Positions 54,580 to 62,328 of a stretch of DNA of 64,000 nucleotides are shown piece after piece. Position 1 is the first letter of the stretch; every line of letters starts with the position of its first letter. The notes beneath the pieces were generated by a model. It did no database searches. It was not told the origin of the DNA and saw nothing but the letters and a program-made list of their open reading frames with translations. This DNA is from an uncultured Trueperaceae bacterium (GTDB taxonomy: Bacteria; Deinococcota; Deinococci; Deinococcales; Trueperaceae), in contig CAWCXJ010000005.1 of assembly GCA_963799485.1 (NCBI GenBank), positions 96,001 through 160,000 of the forward strand. The letters run 5' to 3'. Both the position numbers and the translations under genes were made by a program.

Positions 54580-55434
54580 TTGATCGCCGTTATCGCCGAC
54601 ATCCACGCGAATATTCAGGCTTTAGAAGCCGTCTTAGCAGATATCGCCGAGGTGGGTGCGGGCGAGATTGTCGTCAACGGCGACCTGGTAAACCGTGGGC
54701 CGAACAACGCCGCCGTCGTCGAGCGTATCTTCAACCTCGGCAACGTCAGCGCCGTTACCTTGGGCAACCACGACGACCTGATGTGCAAGTGGATCGACCA
54801 CGACCCCGATATTCCCGCGCTCTGGTTTGAAGACGCCTTCTGGTACGGGATGGCGTGGCCCGCAGCGCAGCTCGCTCAAAAGGGCGCTTTGGAACCCTTA
54901 CGGACGCTCCCGATGACCTACCGGGACGCCAGGCCGGGGCTGCCCCGGCTGCTCTTTTCACACGGTTCCCCGCGTCACTACCGTGAGGGCTACGCGAGTT
55001 ACTTGGACGACAGTGTATTGGGGGAAATCGTCGCACACTATCCCGCCGATATCCTCATCGGGTCGCATACCCACCGGCCTTACGAGCATCGTTATGGTGA
55101 GCACCTTATCTTAAATACCGGCGCAGTCGGAACACCCTTTAACGGCGACCCGCGCGCGCAGTATCTGCTACTCCACCCGAAAAACAGGTTCTGGCACCCT
55201 GAATTTAGAGCGGTACCTTACGACCGCACGGCGGCTCTCGGCGCGTTCGAAACGTCGGGCTACTTGGAGGCAGGGGGCCTAAGTGCCCGTATTTTTTACG
55301 AAGAGTTGCGGCTGGCGCGGCCCCTGTATATGAACTTTTGGGAGTGGACGGAGACGCAGGAGCGGCCCAAAGACTGGGAGAGCTGGGACGTTTTCAAGGA
55401 GCGCTACGCCGAGCGGTTTCAAGGGGTCGTCTAG
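54580..55434 (+). CDS. Metallophosphoesterase (calcineurin-like)
   Basis: DIHAN, GDLV, GNHD, HGSP, SHTH, NTGAVG. Confidence 0.92.
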   Translation: MIAVIADIHANIQALEAVLADIAEVGAGEIVVNGDLVNRGPNNAAVVERIFNLGNVSAVTLGNHDDLMCKWIDHDPDIPALWFEDAFWYGMAWPAAQLAQKGALEPLRTLPMTYRDARPGLPRLLFSHGSPRHYREGYASYLDDSVLGEIVAHYPADILIGSHTHRPYEHRYGEHLILNTGAVGTPFNGDPRAQYLLLHPKNRFWHPEFRAVPYDRTAALGAFETSGYLEAGGLSARIFYEELRLARPLYMNFWEWTETQERPKDWESWDVFKERYAERFQGVV

Positions 55435-55512
55435 CTTGCCCGCACCTTTAATGACATGCACCAACGACAAACGCCGAACCTAAACCGTCCGGCGTTTACA
55501 AATTGGTTTGGT

Positions 55513-55749
55513 CTAGACGCCCGACAAATCGTAATTTTTCTGAATAAACGACTCCCATTCGCTCGGTACGTCTTCTTCGGGAAAGATGGCGTTGACCGGG
55601 CAGGCCGGGACGCACGCGCCGCAGTCGATACACTCGTCGGGGTGGATATAGAACTGGTCGGCGGCTTCGTAGATGCACTCGACGGGACACACATCGACGC
55701 ACGACTGATCTTTGACGCCGATGCACGGTTCGGTGATGATATGGGGCAC
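55513..55749 (-). CDS. fdx: Ferredoxin, probably 7Fe [3Fe-4S][4Fe-4S] type
   Basis: CIGVKDQSCVDVCPVEC and CIDCGACVPACP. Confidence 0.94.
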   Translation of the reverse strand: MPHIITEPCIGVKDQSCVDVCPVECIYEAADQFYIHPDECIDCGACVPACPVNAIFPEEDVPSEWESFIQKNYDLSGV

Positions 55750-55831
55750 GGTTTTCCTCCTAAATTAAGTAGCGACGCTTCTCTGGCGAGGGGATGAAAG
55801 ACTCGAGCAAAACGCTCGGAAAGATCTTTGT

Positions 55832-56296
55832 TCAGGCGGCGGCAGGCTCCGCGCCTACCCCTTTATTATGCGCGGCACGCGCAGAACGCGCAACCCCTAT
55901 GAGGAAAACAGTGATGAGCGTAAACGCGGTGAGCGCAAGCAACGAAATGGTGATGAAGCCGCGCCAGTTGATGTATTCCTGAGAGCAGGGAACACCTGCG
56001 CGGCAGATACTCGGGGGGCGAAACCCCGGTACTTTTTGCTCGAGGTAGTAAAACGTCGAAACACCCATACCCGAGATTGAGAGCGGCAACGCGTAACCGA
56101 CGATGCTGCGGTCTTGGCGGCACGAGGCGATCCCCCAAAAAATTACGCGTGGGTACATCAGAATGCGCTGATAACAGCAGAGCGTACACGGAACAAAGAG
56201 CCGCGCCTCGCTAAAATACAAACTTCCGGCAGTTGCGACGATGGCAAGCAGCCACGCCGCGTAAAGTCCAAACCCGTGAAAAAAGCTAGTTGGCCT
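55832..56296 (-). pseudogene. Decaying DsbB/BdbC-type disulfide oxidoreductase
   Basis: In-frame LYAAWLLAIVATAGSLYFSE..PCTLCCYQRILMYP..C..VPC..YINW.GFITI; probable start codon reads AGG at 56296; several disruptive-looking substitutions. Confidence 0.75.
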
Positions 56297-56350
56297 GCGC
56301 GTTTTCGACGGCAGCTTGAATGGCGCCGAGCCGAAAACTCTCGAGCCTCT

Positions 56351-56575
56351 CTAGAGCGCGTTTTGTGTATTAAGCGACGCGTTGTAGCCTTCAGCTTCGA
56401 CCGCTTGTAACATCGTCTGCACGTCGGCGGCCCCTTCGACAGTCGCCTCACCTGCTTGCAGGTCGACCTGCGCTTTTTCGACGCCGGGGGTACGCTCGAG
56501 CGCCTCTCTGACCGCCTTGACGCAGTGGTCGCAGGTCATGCCCTCGACGTTGAGCCGGGTTTGATAATGAGCCAT
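56351..56575 (-). CDS. copZ: Heavy-metal-associated (CopZ-like) chaperone
   Basis: VEGMTCDHCV HMA motif; AAGGAG RBS. Confidence 0.9.
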   Translation of the reverse strand: MAHYQTRLNVEGMTCDHCVKAVREALERTPGVEKAQVDLQAGEATVEGAADVQTMLQAVEAEGYNASLNTQNAL

Positions 56576-56608
56576 TGCTATCTCCTTTGTATTGCCTGTA
56601 TTGCCCAA

Positions 56609-56637
56609 ATTCTAGCTTGAGGGCACAGGCCCGTCAA
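56609..56637 (-). promoter_or_regulatory. sigmaA-type promoter of copZ with an overlapping dyad
   Basis: TTGACG-17 bp-TAGAAT on the minus strand; dyad TTGAGGGC-ACAG-GCCCGTCAA. Confidence 0.6.
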
Positions 56638-57010
56638 CGGTGCACGTTACGGTTCACGTGGTTTTTACGGGATTTTCCCGCGCTACTGACGCTTCTATCT
56701 CCAGGTAAAGTGCCACAGGTCAAGCGTAAAACCGCAAACGGACGCCTTCAGCTGATACGGAAAGCTGTGCAGCACGTCCTTTCCCGAATCGGTACAACAG
56801 GGTTTTACAGACCGTTTTACCCCGCAAAAAGGTTTGTGTAGAGGCTCGAGCGTACCGGGTGTGACCGGCATTTCGCCAACCGAGGTGGTTTTGCTTGAAA
56901 TGTAAGCTAGGGCGCTAGACAGCTAAAAAAGGCGGGCGTAGCGTACCGGGGGGTAAAGGCTCGGGACTAGGGGCCGACTACGCTCAAAAACCTGATTCTG
57001 AGGGGGGATT

Positions 57011-57853
57011 ATGGAATTTGCAGGTGGGTTCGTTCCGGTTGCAGGTCAAGTCGGGTTGTTGTCGATGGTGGCCTACTACTGCATCTTCGCGGCGGTGTTC
57101 GCCTTGGGCGCGGCCTTTGTGTTCTTTCTGGCGGCTGAAAAGCGCGTTGCCCCTGAACACCGTTCGGAAATGATCTTATCCGCGCTTATCGTCGGGGTGG
57201 CAGCGGTTTCGTACTACCTGATACGTGGTTTTTTCCAAGACGCGCTGCGCAGTGTCGCCAACGCGCAAGACCCGGCGGCGCAGCGACGGCTTATCCAGAA
57301 CGCGTACCTCGCTGTCGGTCAGTACCGCTACGTAGACTGGCTGATCACGACGCCGCTACTTTTGCTTAAAACCGTCTTGGTTTTAGAGGCCAAACCGCGC
57401 AAACTGTGGGGGGCGCTGACGATCTTGCTCCTCGCCGACGTGTTTATGGTCGTTACCGGTTACATCGGTGAGCAGCAGTTCTCCGCCAACGGTAGCGTAG
57501 ACGTTCAGGGACGACTCTTCTGGGGTTTTATCGCGACGATCGGCTACGTCATCATCCCCATCACCCTGCTCTACATCTACCGGCGGTTCAAAGCGGGCGC
57601 GCATCCTTGGGAGCGCCGGGCGTTTAAGATTTTGGCGTTTGCGACCGTTACGACCTGGGGCGTTTACCCGCTCGGCTACCTCGTCCCGGCGCTCTGGCCG
57701 CAACTGTCTTACAACTGGATCAACATCGTGTTTAGTATCGCAGATGTGCTTAACAAAGTTGGCGCAGGCGTCGTAATCTATATCGGCGCAGCGAGGGTTC
57801 TAGAAGACCGGGTACCCAAAGACGCGACCCGGCAGGCTCGAGAGGTCGCCTAA
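57011..57853 (+). CDS. Microbial (type-1) rhodopsin, DTK motif
   Basis: Seven hydrophobic helices; helix C RYVDWLITTPLLLLK, helix F WGVYPLGY, helix G ADVLNK with the retinal-binding Lys249. Confidence 0.95.
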   Translation: MEFAGGFVPVAGQVGLLSMVAYYCIFAAVFALGAAFVFFLAAEKRVAPEHRSEMILSALIVGVAAVSYYLIRGFFQDALRSVANAQDPAAQRRLIQNAYLAVGQYRYVDWLITTPLLLLKTVLVLEAKPRKLWGALTILLLADVFMVVTGYIGEQQFSANGSVDVQGRLFWGFIATIGYVIIPITLLYIYRRFKAGAHPWERRAFKILAFATVTTWGVYPLGYLVPALWPQLSYNWINIVFSIADVLNKVGAGVVIYIGAARVLEDRVPKDATRQAREVA

Positions 57854-57975
57854 AAAGCCTACGGTCTCCTGCTTGCTGTGGATTAAGTTTCAGTAGAAGT
57901 CCCAAACCGGTGTGCAGAGATTATCGCAGACAAAACCCGCAGTACGTACGACTGCGGGTTTTGTCTGCCGCTTTT

Positions 57976-58680
57976 CTAATCGCTGGATTCATCCAAAAAC
58001 TGTTGCAGCTTGGCTTTGTCGACTGCAATCGGCGCGCGGCGGCGGCGCACTGCGCCGTACTCCAAAAGCCGCGCCAAACAGTGCGAAACGGTCTCACGCG
58101 TCGCGCCGATCATCTTCGACAGGTCTTGCTGCGTCAAGTTGAGGTCGATAATTGTGCCGCGGTCGCCCTCTTTACCGAAATCGTGCGCGAGGCGCAAGAG
58201 CAAGTTGGCTAAGCGTCCGGGGGCGTCGAACGCCCCGACCTCGGCAAAACGCGTTTGGGCTTGCCAGAGGTTGGTGGACATCACCTGGATAAACTTCATG
58301 GCGATTTTAGGTTGCTGGGTAATGAGGCGCTGAAAATCGTCTTCGGGCAAGACGATAAGGGTCGTGTCCATCACGGCTTCGGCCTGGTTCGGGCGGCGTT
58401 CGGACGGGAGCAGCAGCAGCTCACCGAAGGCGTCGTATTTGCCGAACAGCGCCAGGATCATCTCTTTGCCGTTGGGAAAATACATCGAGATTTTGACCAT
58501 GCCTTCGCGGATAAAGTAGAGCGCGTCGGCGGGGTCTTCCATGTGGTAGATCACCTCTCCGGCCTTAAAGCGTTTGTAGGGGGTGATGCGCGAGAGGCTC
58601 TCGAGTTCTTCTTCGGAGAGGTCTTCGAACAGTTGGGTGTTCTTCAGGTGCCACACGAGGCTGGGATACTCTTGCATCAT
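57976..58680 (-). CDS. Crp/Fnr family transcriptional regulator
   Basis: cNMP-binding barrel (LYFIREG, FGE, R), HTH LTQQDLSKMIGATRETVS. Confidence 0.94.
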   Translation of the reverse strand: MMQEYPSLVWHLKNTQLFEDLSEEELESLSRITPYKRFKAGEVIYHMEDPADALYFIREGMVKISMYFPNGKEMILALFGKYDAFGELLLLPSERRPNQAEAVMDTTLIVLPEDDFQRLITQQPKIAMKFIQVMSTNLWQAQTRFAEVGAFDAPGRLANLLLRLAHDFGKEGDRGTIIDLNLTQQDLSKMIGATRETVSHCLARLLEYGAVRRRRAPIAVDKAKLQQFLDESSD

Positions 58681-58790
58681 GAAGTCAGTGTAACGCACCG
58701 CCTGTTTATTCTCTTCACATTCCTCACGTGACGAATCTTACTTCTAGGTGTGCAGCGTTAAAGCACGTCCAACACCCGACAAAGCGGCTT

Positions 58791-59141
58791 TCATGGTTCA
58801 TCCTCAGCGCTCAGCTGCGCGCCGCACGCGTCCCACTCGTCGGCGCTGCCCGCTTCACGGTAAAAGGGCAACCCCCGCAGATAGCCCGAGCGGGCGATCA
58901 TATAGGCTGACAGCGGCGCGGTCAAAAAGAAAAAAGCAGTGATGAGGACGATTCTCGAGACCGCCAGTGGCGTCCCGAAACGGAGCGCCGCCGCGATAAA
59001 AATCCCTATCCCGCCGAGTGTAACGAGCTTGGTCGAGGCGTGCAACCGGGTGTAAAAGTCGGGAAAACGGAACACACCGATAGCGGCTGCCAAGATAAAA
59101 AAGCTGCCGAAGAGCAAGAACAGGTCGCTGACGAGCTTCAT
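58791..59141 (-). CDS. mnhG: Mrp Na+/H+ antiporter subunit G
   Basis: RFPDFYTRLHASTK, LTAP. Confidence 0.92.
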   Translation of the reverse strand: MKLVSDLFLLFGSFFILAAAIGVFRFPDFYTRLHASTKLVTLGGIGIFIAAALRFGTPLAVSRIVLITAFFFLTAPLSAYMIARSGYLRGLPFYREAGSADEWDACGAQLSAEDEP

Positions 59142-59395
59142 TTGAGTACCTGGCGTAAAAGCAAATAACGGGTCAGCGCCACCGTTGTCAAAAAACCCAG
59201 GATCGACACGAGCAGCGCTACGTCGAGAAAGCTCTCGAACCCGGTGCGAATAGCCAAAACGACGATCAGAACGGCCAGGTTGACGGTTAAAAAATCGAAG
59301 GCGGTAACGCGGTCGCCCCACGACGGCCCCCGGACGACACGGTAGACGGCGAGTGCCACGGCAATAAGAAGACAGACAAGTGCGACGGTGGTCAT
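59138..59395 (-). CDS. mnhF: Mrp Na+/H+ antiporter subunit F
   Basis: RGPSWGDRVTAFD, GFLTTVA. Confidence 0.92.
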   Translation of the reverse strand: MTTVALVCLLIAVALAVYRVVRGPSWGDRVTAFDFLTVNLAVLIVVLAIRTGFESFLDVALLVSILGFLTTVALTRYLLLRQVLK

Positions 59396-59408
59396 CTAGC
59401 TTCCCTTC

Positions 59409-59873
59409 TCACTTCATAAACCCCAAAATGCGTGTTTCCATCTTTGTCACGCTCTCCCGCGCCTCGTCTACGTCCTTGATGTTGATGGCGTGGGCGTAGA
59501 GCAGCTTGCGGTCGGCCGAGACGCCCATCGCTACCGTTCCCGGCAAAAGCGTGATGGTCGCGCTCAGGAGCGAAATCGCGGCGTCGCTACGCAACCTGAG
59601 CGGTACGGCGATGATGTGCGGATAAAAGACCGGACGGCGGCGCAGTGCGAGGAGCGCAATCAGGATATTTGCCAGCAGCAGCTCCCAGAAAAACGCGCCC
59701 AGATAACGGATAAACGCCCCCAAACGACGCGCAAACGACTCGCCGCCGCCCCGCAACACACTCAACAAAAGTGCCGCCAGCAGGCCACCGACGATTAAAT
59801 TATAGGCGGTCAGCTCACCGACCAGAATAGGCCACAAAAGTGCAAAGAGAAACAAGATGAAGACTTGACTCAC
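59409..59873 (-). CDS. mnhE: Mrp Na+/H+ antiporter subunit E
   Basis: ELLLANI, ITLLPGT, LYAH. Confidence 0.9.
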   Translation of the reverse strand: MSQVFILFLFALLWPILVGELTAYNLIVGGLLAALLLSVLRGGGESFARRLGAFIRYLGAFFWELLLANILIALLALRRRPVFYPHIIAVPLRLRSDAAISLLSATITLLPGTVAMGVSADRKLLYAHAINIKDVDEARESVTKMETRILGFMK

Positions 59874-61417
59874 GGCACCCGCTCCGGTGCTGTCTCCTGT
59901 GCTGCTTTTACTGTTTCTTGCGGCAGAACCCTCGAGATATAAGCCTCAGGCGTTCTCAGCTGCGCCGCAACCCGCTCGGAAAGCGCGTAAACCGGGCCAC
60001 TCGCCACAGCGAGCAGTACGAGCAGCGAACCCGCGACCGCCGTAATCCGCCACATTCCTGTGGGCAACGCGACTTTATGAACGGCGTCCTCGTCCCCCCA
60101 GAAAAAGCCGCGCCAGACGGCGATACCGGCGTAAAGGAGGAGTAACCCGGCGGCAACGGCGACCGTTGCCACGCCGATGCGGAGTGCGCCGCCGGTTTCT
60201 AAAAGCGCCTGAATCAGGGCGAACTTGCCGATAAACCCGCTTGTCGGCGGGAGGCCGGCAAGGGCCAACGCCGCGACAAAATAGACCGCCCCTAAGAGCG
60301 GGTACGCGCCCAGGTGCCCCTCGGTGTGGTCGCCGAAGCGTTCCCCGGCGATGAGTTCAGCAAGTCCGGCGAGCAAAAAGAGGGTAAAAATCACCAGCAC
60401 CGAATGGACGAGGTAGTAGAGCGTCGGGGCCAGTGCGCCGCTCCCGATCCCCATCACCAGATACCCGACCGAGGCGATGTTGGCAAACGCCAGCAGGTGC
60501 CGCCAGCGGCGCTGCGCCACCGCGCCGAGCGCGCCGAACAAGATGGTCAGTCCGGCGAGCAGCAGGAGCGTGTTGCGTAAACCCGTCTCTGCGGGTGTCA
60601 GCAGCGTAAAAAGCCGCAAAAGCGCGTAAACCCCGACTTTGGTCAGCATGGCCCCGAAAAACGCCCCGACTGCACCCGGTACCACCGGGTAGCTGTACGG
60701 CAACCAGAACCCGAACGGGAAGGTGGCAGCTTTGGTGGCGAAGACGAGCGCTAACAGGGCGGCGACGAGCGTCACGCGGGTGTCGCCGGTGACACCCTGC
60801 AAACGCAACGCGATATCGGCAAAATTGAGCGTGCCGAAAAGGCCGTAGGCCAACCCCGCCGCGGCCACGAAGATGGCCGAGGCCACGAGGTTGACGACCA
60901 CGTACTTAAAGCCTTCGCGGAGTTGCGGCAAGGTGCCGCCGATCAGCAGCAGGCCATACGAGGCGATGAGCATCACCTCGAACGAGACGAACAGGTTAAA
61001 GAGGTCGCCGGTTAGAAACGACATGTTGACGCCCATAAACAAAAATTGTAACAGGGCCAGGGTGCCCAGCTTTTCGCGGAGGCCGTTAAGCAGCGGCGAC
61101 GCACCCCGGCGCGGCGCGCGCTTTAGGCTCGAGCCCGCATAAACTGTACTTAAAAGCCCGGTCACCCCCGAAAGCAGCAGCATAATCCCGGTGAGACCGT
61201 CGGCAACCAGGGTAATCCCGTAAGGCGCGGGCCAGCCGCCGAGCTGCGTGACGAGAATCTCACCGGAGAAGCTGAGAACGGCGAGCCAAAGAGACGCGAG
61301 CAGCGTCAGTAACGAGACGATAGCTGAAGCTAAGGCCCTAGCCTGCGGCGTCCTGAGCAGGAGCAGCAGTGCACCCCCGAAAAGGGGCAGCAGTACGGGT
61401 AGCGTCAGGGCGATCAT
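59870..61417 (-). CDS. mnhD: Mrp Na+/H+ antiporter subunit D
   Basis: GGWPAPYGITLVAD, TGDLFNLFVSFEVMLIASY, LTKVGVYA. Confidence 0.94.
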   Translation of the reverse strand: MIALTLPVLLPLFGGALLLLLRTPQARALASAIVSLLTLLASLWLAVLSFSGEILVTQLGGWPAPYGITLVADGLTGIMLLLSGVTGLLSTVYAGSSLKRAPRRGASPLLNGLREKLGTLALLQFLFMGVNMSFLTGDLFNLFVSFEVMLIASYGLLLIGGTLPQLREGFKYVVVNLVASAIFVAAAGLAYGLFGTLNFADIALRLQGVTGDTRVTLVAALLALVFATKAATFPFGFWLPYSYPVVPGAVGAFFGAMLTKVGVYALLRLFTLLTPAETGLRNTLLLLAGLTILFGALGAVAQRRWRHLLAFANIASVGYLVMGIGSGALAPTLYYLVHSVLVIFTLFLLAGLAELIAGERFGDHTEGHLGAYPLLGAVYFVAALALAGLPPTSGFIGKFALIQALLETGGALRIGVATVAVAAGLLLLYAGIAVWRGFFWGDEDAVHKVALPTGMWRITAVAGSLLVLLAVASGPVYALSERVAAQLRTPEAYISRVLPQETVKAAQETAPERVP

Positions 61418-61438
61418 AACGGTATTTTCATAATATTT

Positions 61439-61855
61439 TCATGCGCGTGAGTGCCGCGCGCCCTGAGTTTCCGGCGAGACCGACGGGTGTTCGGGATCGG
61501 CGTAAATACGTTGCGGCGTCGCCGGGTCGGGTTTTTCTAAAAGCTCTTGTACGTGGTCGGTACCGGTCGCCTGAAACGCGCGCATGGCGAGCACCAAAAG
61601 GAGGGAGGTGGTACCGAACCCAATGACGATGGCGGTCAGGATGAGCGCTTGCGGGAGCGGATCGACGTAGGGGCCTTTGAGATTTGTCAGCGGCGGGTCG
61701 CTGAGTCTGCCGCCGGCAACCAGCAAGATCGACAAGTTTGCACCGTAGGCGATCATCGACAACCCGATGATCAGGCGGATCATCGCCCGTGACAAGACCA
61801 GGAACACGCCGGTACCAACCAAAAGTGCTGCGAGTAGCGGCAAAAGCAGCTCCAT
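61439..61855 (-). CDS. mnhC: Mrp Na+/H+ antiporter subunit C
   Basis: DPLPQALILTAIVIGFG. Confidence 0.94.
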   Translation of the reverse strand: MELLLPLLAALLVGTGVFLVLSRAMIRLIIGLSMIAYGANLSILLVAGGRLSDPPLTNLKGPYVDPLPQALILTAIVIGFGTTSLLLVLAMRAFQATGTDHVQELLEKPDPATPQRIYADPEHPSVSPETQGARHSRA

Positions 61856-62328
61856 CAGTCCTCCTGCGCGTCGAGCGGCGCGAGCGTCGTATCGGTATCT
61901 TCGGCTAAAAGTTCGATGATGGTCAAAGTCGTGCCGACCACGACCAAAAAGACCCCGGCGTCAAAGAGCACCGCCGTCGCCCACTCGAACTCACCGATCA
62001 GCGGCCACGTCAGGTAGCCGTAAGCGGACTTCAAAAAGGCTTGTCCGAAGACGAGCGGCACGACGCCGGTGAGGAGCGCTAGCAGCAGCCCCCACGGTAA
62101 GAGGCGTTGCGGCGGCAGGTTCAAAAAGGGCCGGTCGAACACGATTCGCGACAAAAGCGCGGCGACCGCGACGATGAGCCCGGCGATAAACCCGCCCCCC
62201 GGCGCGTTGTGACCCCGCCAAAAGAGGTAAAAGCCTAGAAAAACCAGCACGAACACGACAGGTCGAGCGAAGGTTTGAAAAAACAGCTCGAGCCCGCGTT
62301 TATCGTGTTTATCAGTCATGTTCATCAC
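61855..62328 (-). CDS. mnhB: Mrp Na+/H+ antiporter subunit B
   Basis: GHNAPGGGFIAGL, FDAGVFLVVVG. Confidence 0.94.
   Translation of the reverse strand: MMNMTDKHDKRGLELFFQTFARPVVFVLVFLGFYLFWRGHNAPGGGFIAGLIVAVAALLSRIVFDRPFLNLPPQRLLPWGLLLALLTGVVPLVFGQAFLKSAYGYLTWPLIGEFEWATAVLFDAGVFLVVVGTTLTIIELLAEDTDTTLAPLDAQED

Noticed and set aside
56944..56955. TACCGGGGGGTA as a CsoR operator upstream of the rhodopsin
   Set aside because: Shorter than the usual box, far from the copZ promoter, and plausible by chance in GC-rich DNA
57011..57853. Na+ pump (NDQ), Cl- pump, heliorhodopsin or sensory rhodopsin identity
   Set aside because: Helix C is clearly D-T-K with type-1 motifs, and no transducer gene is adjacent
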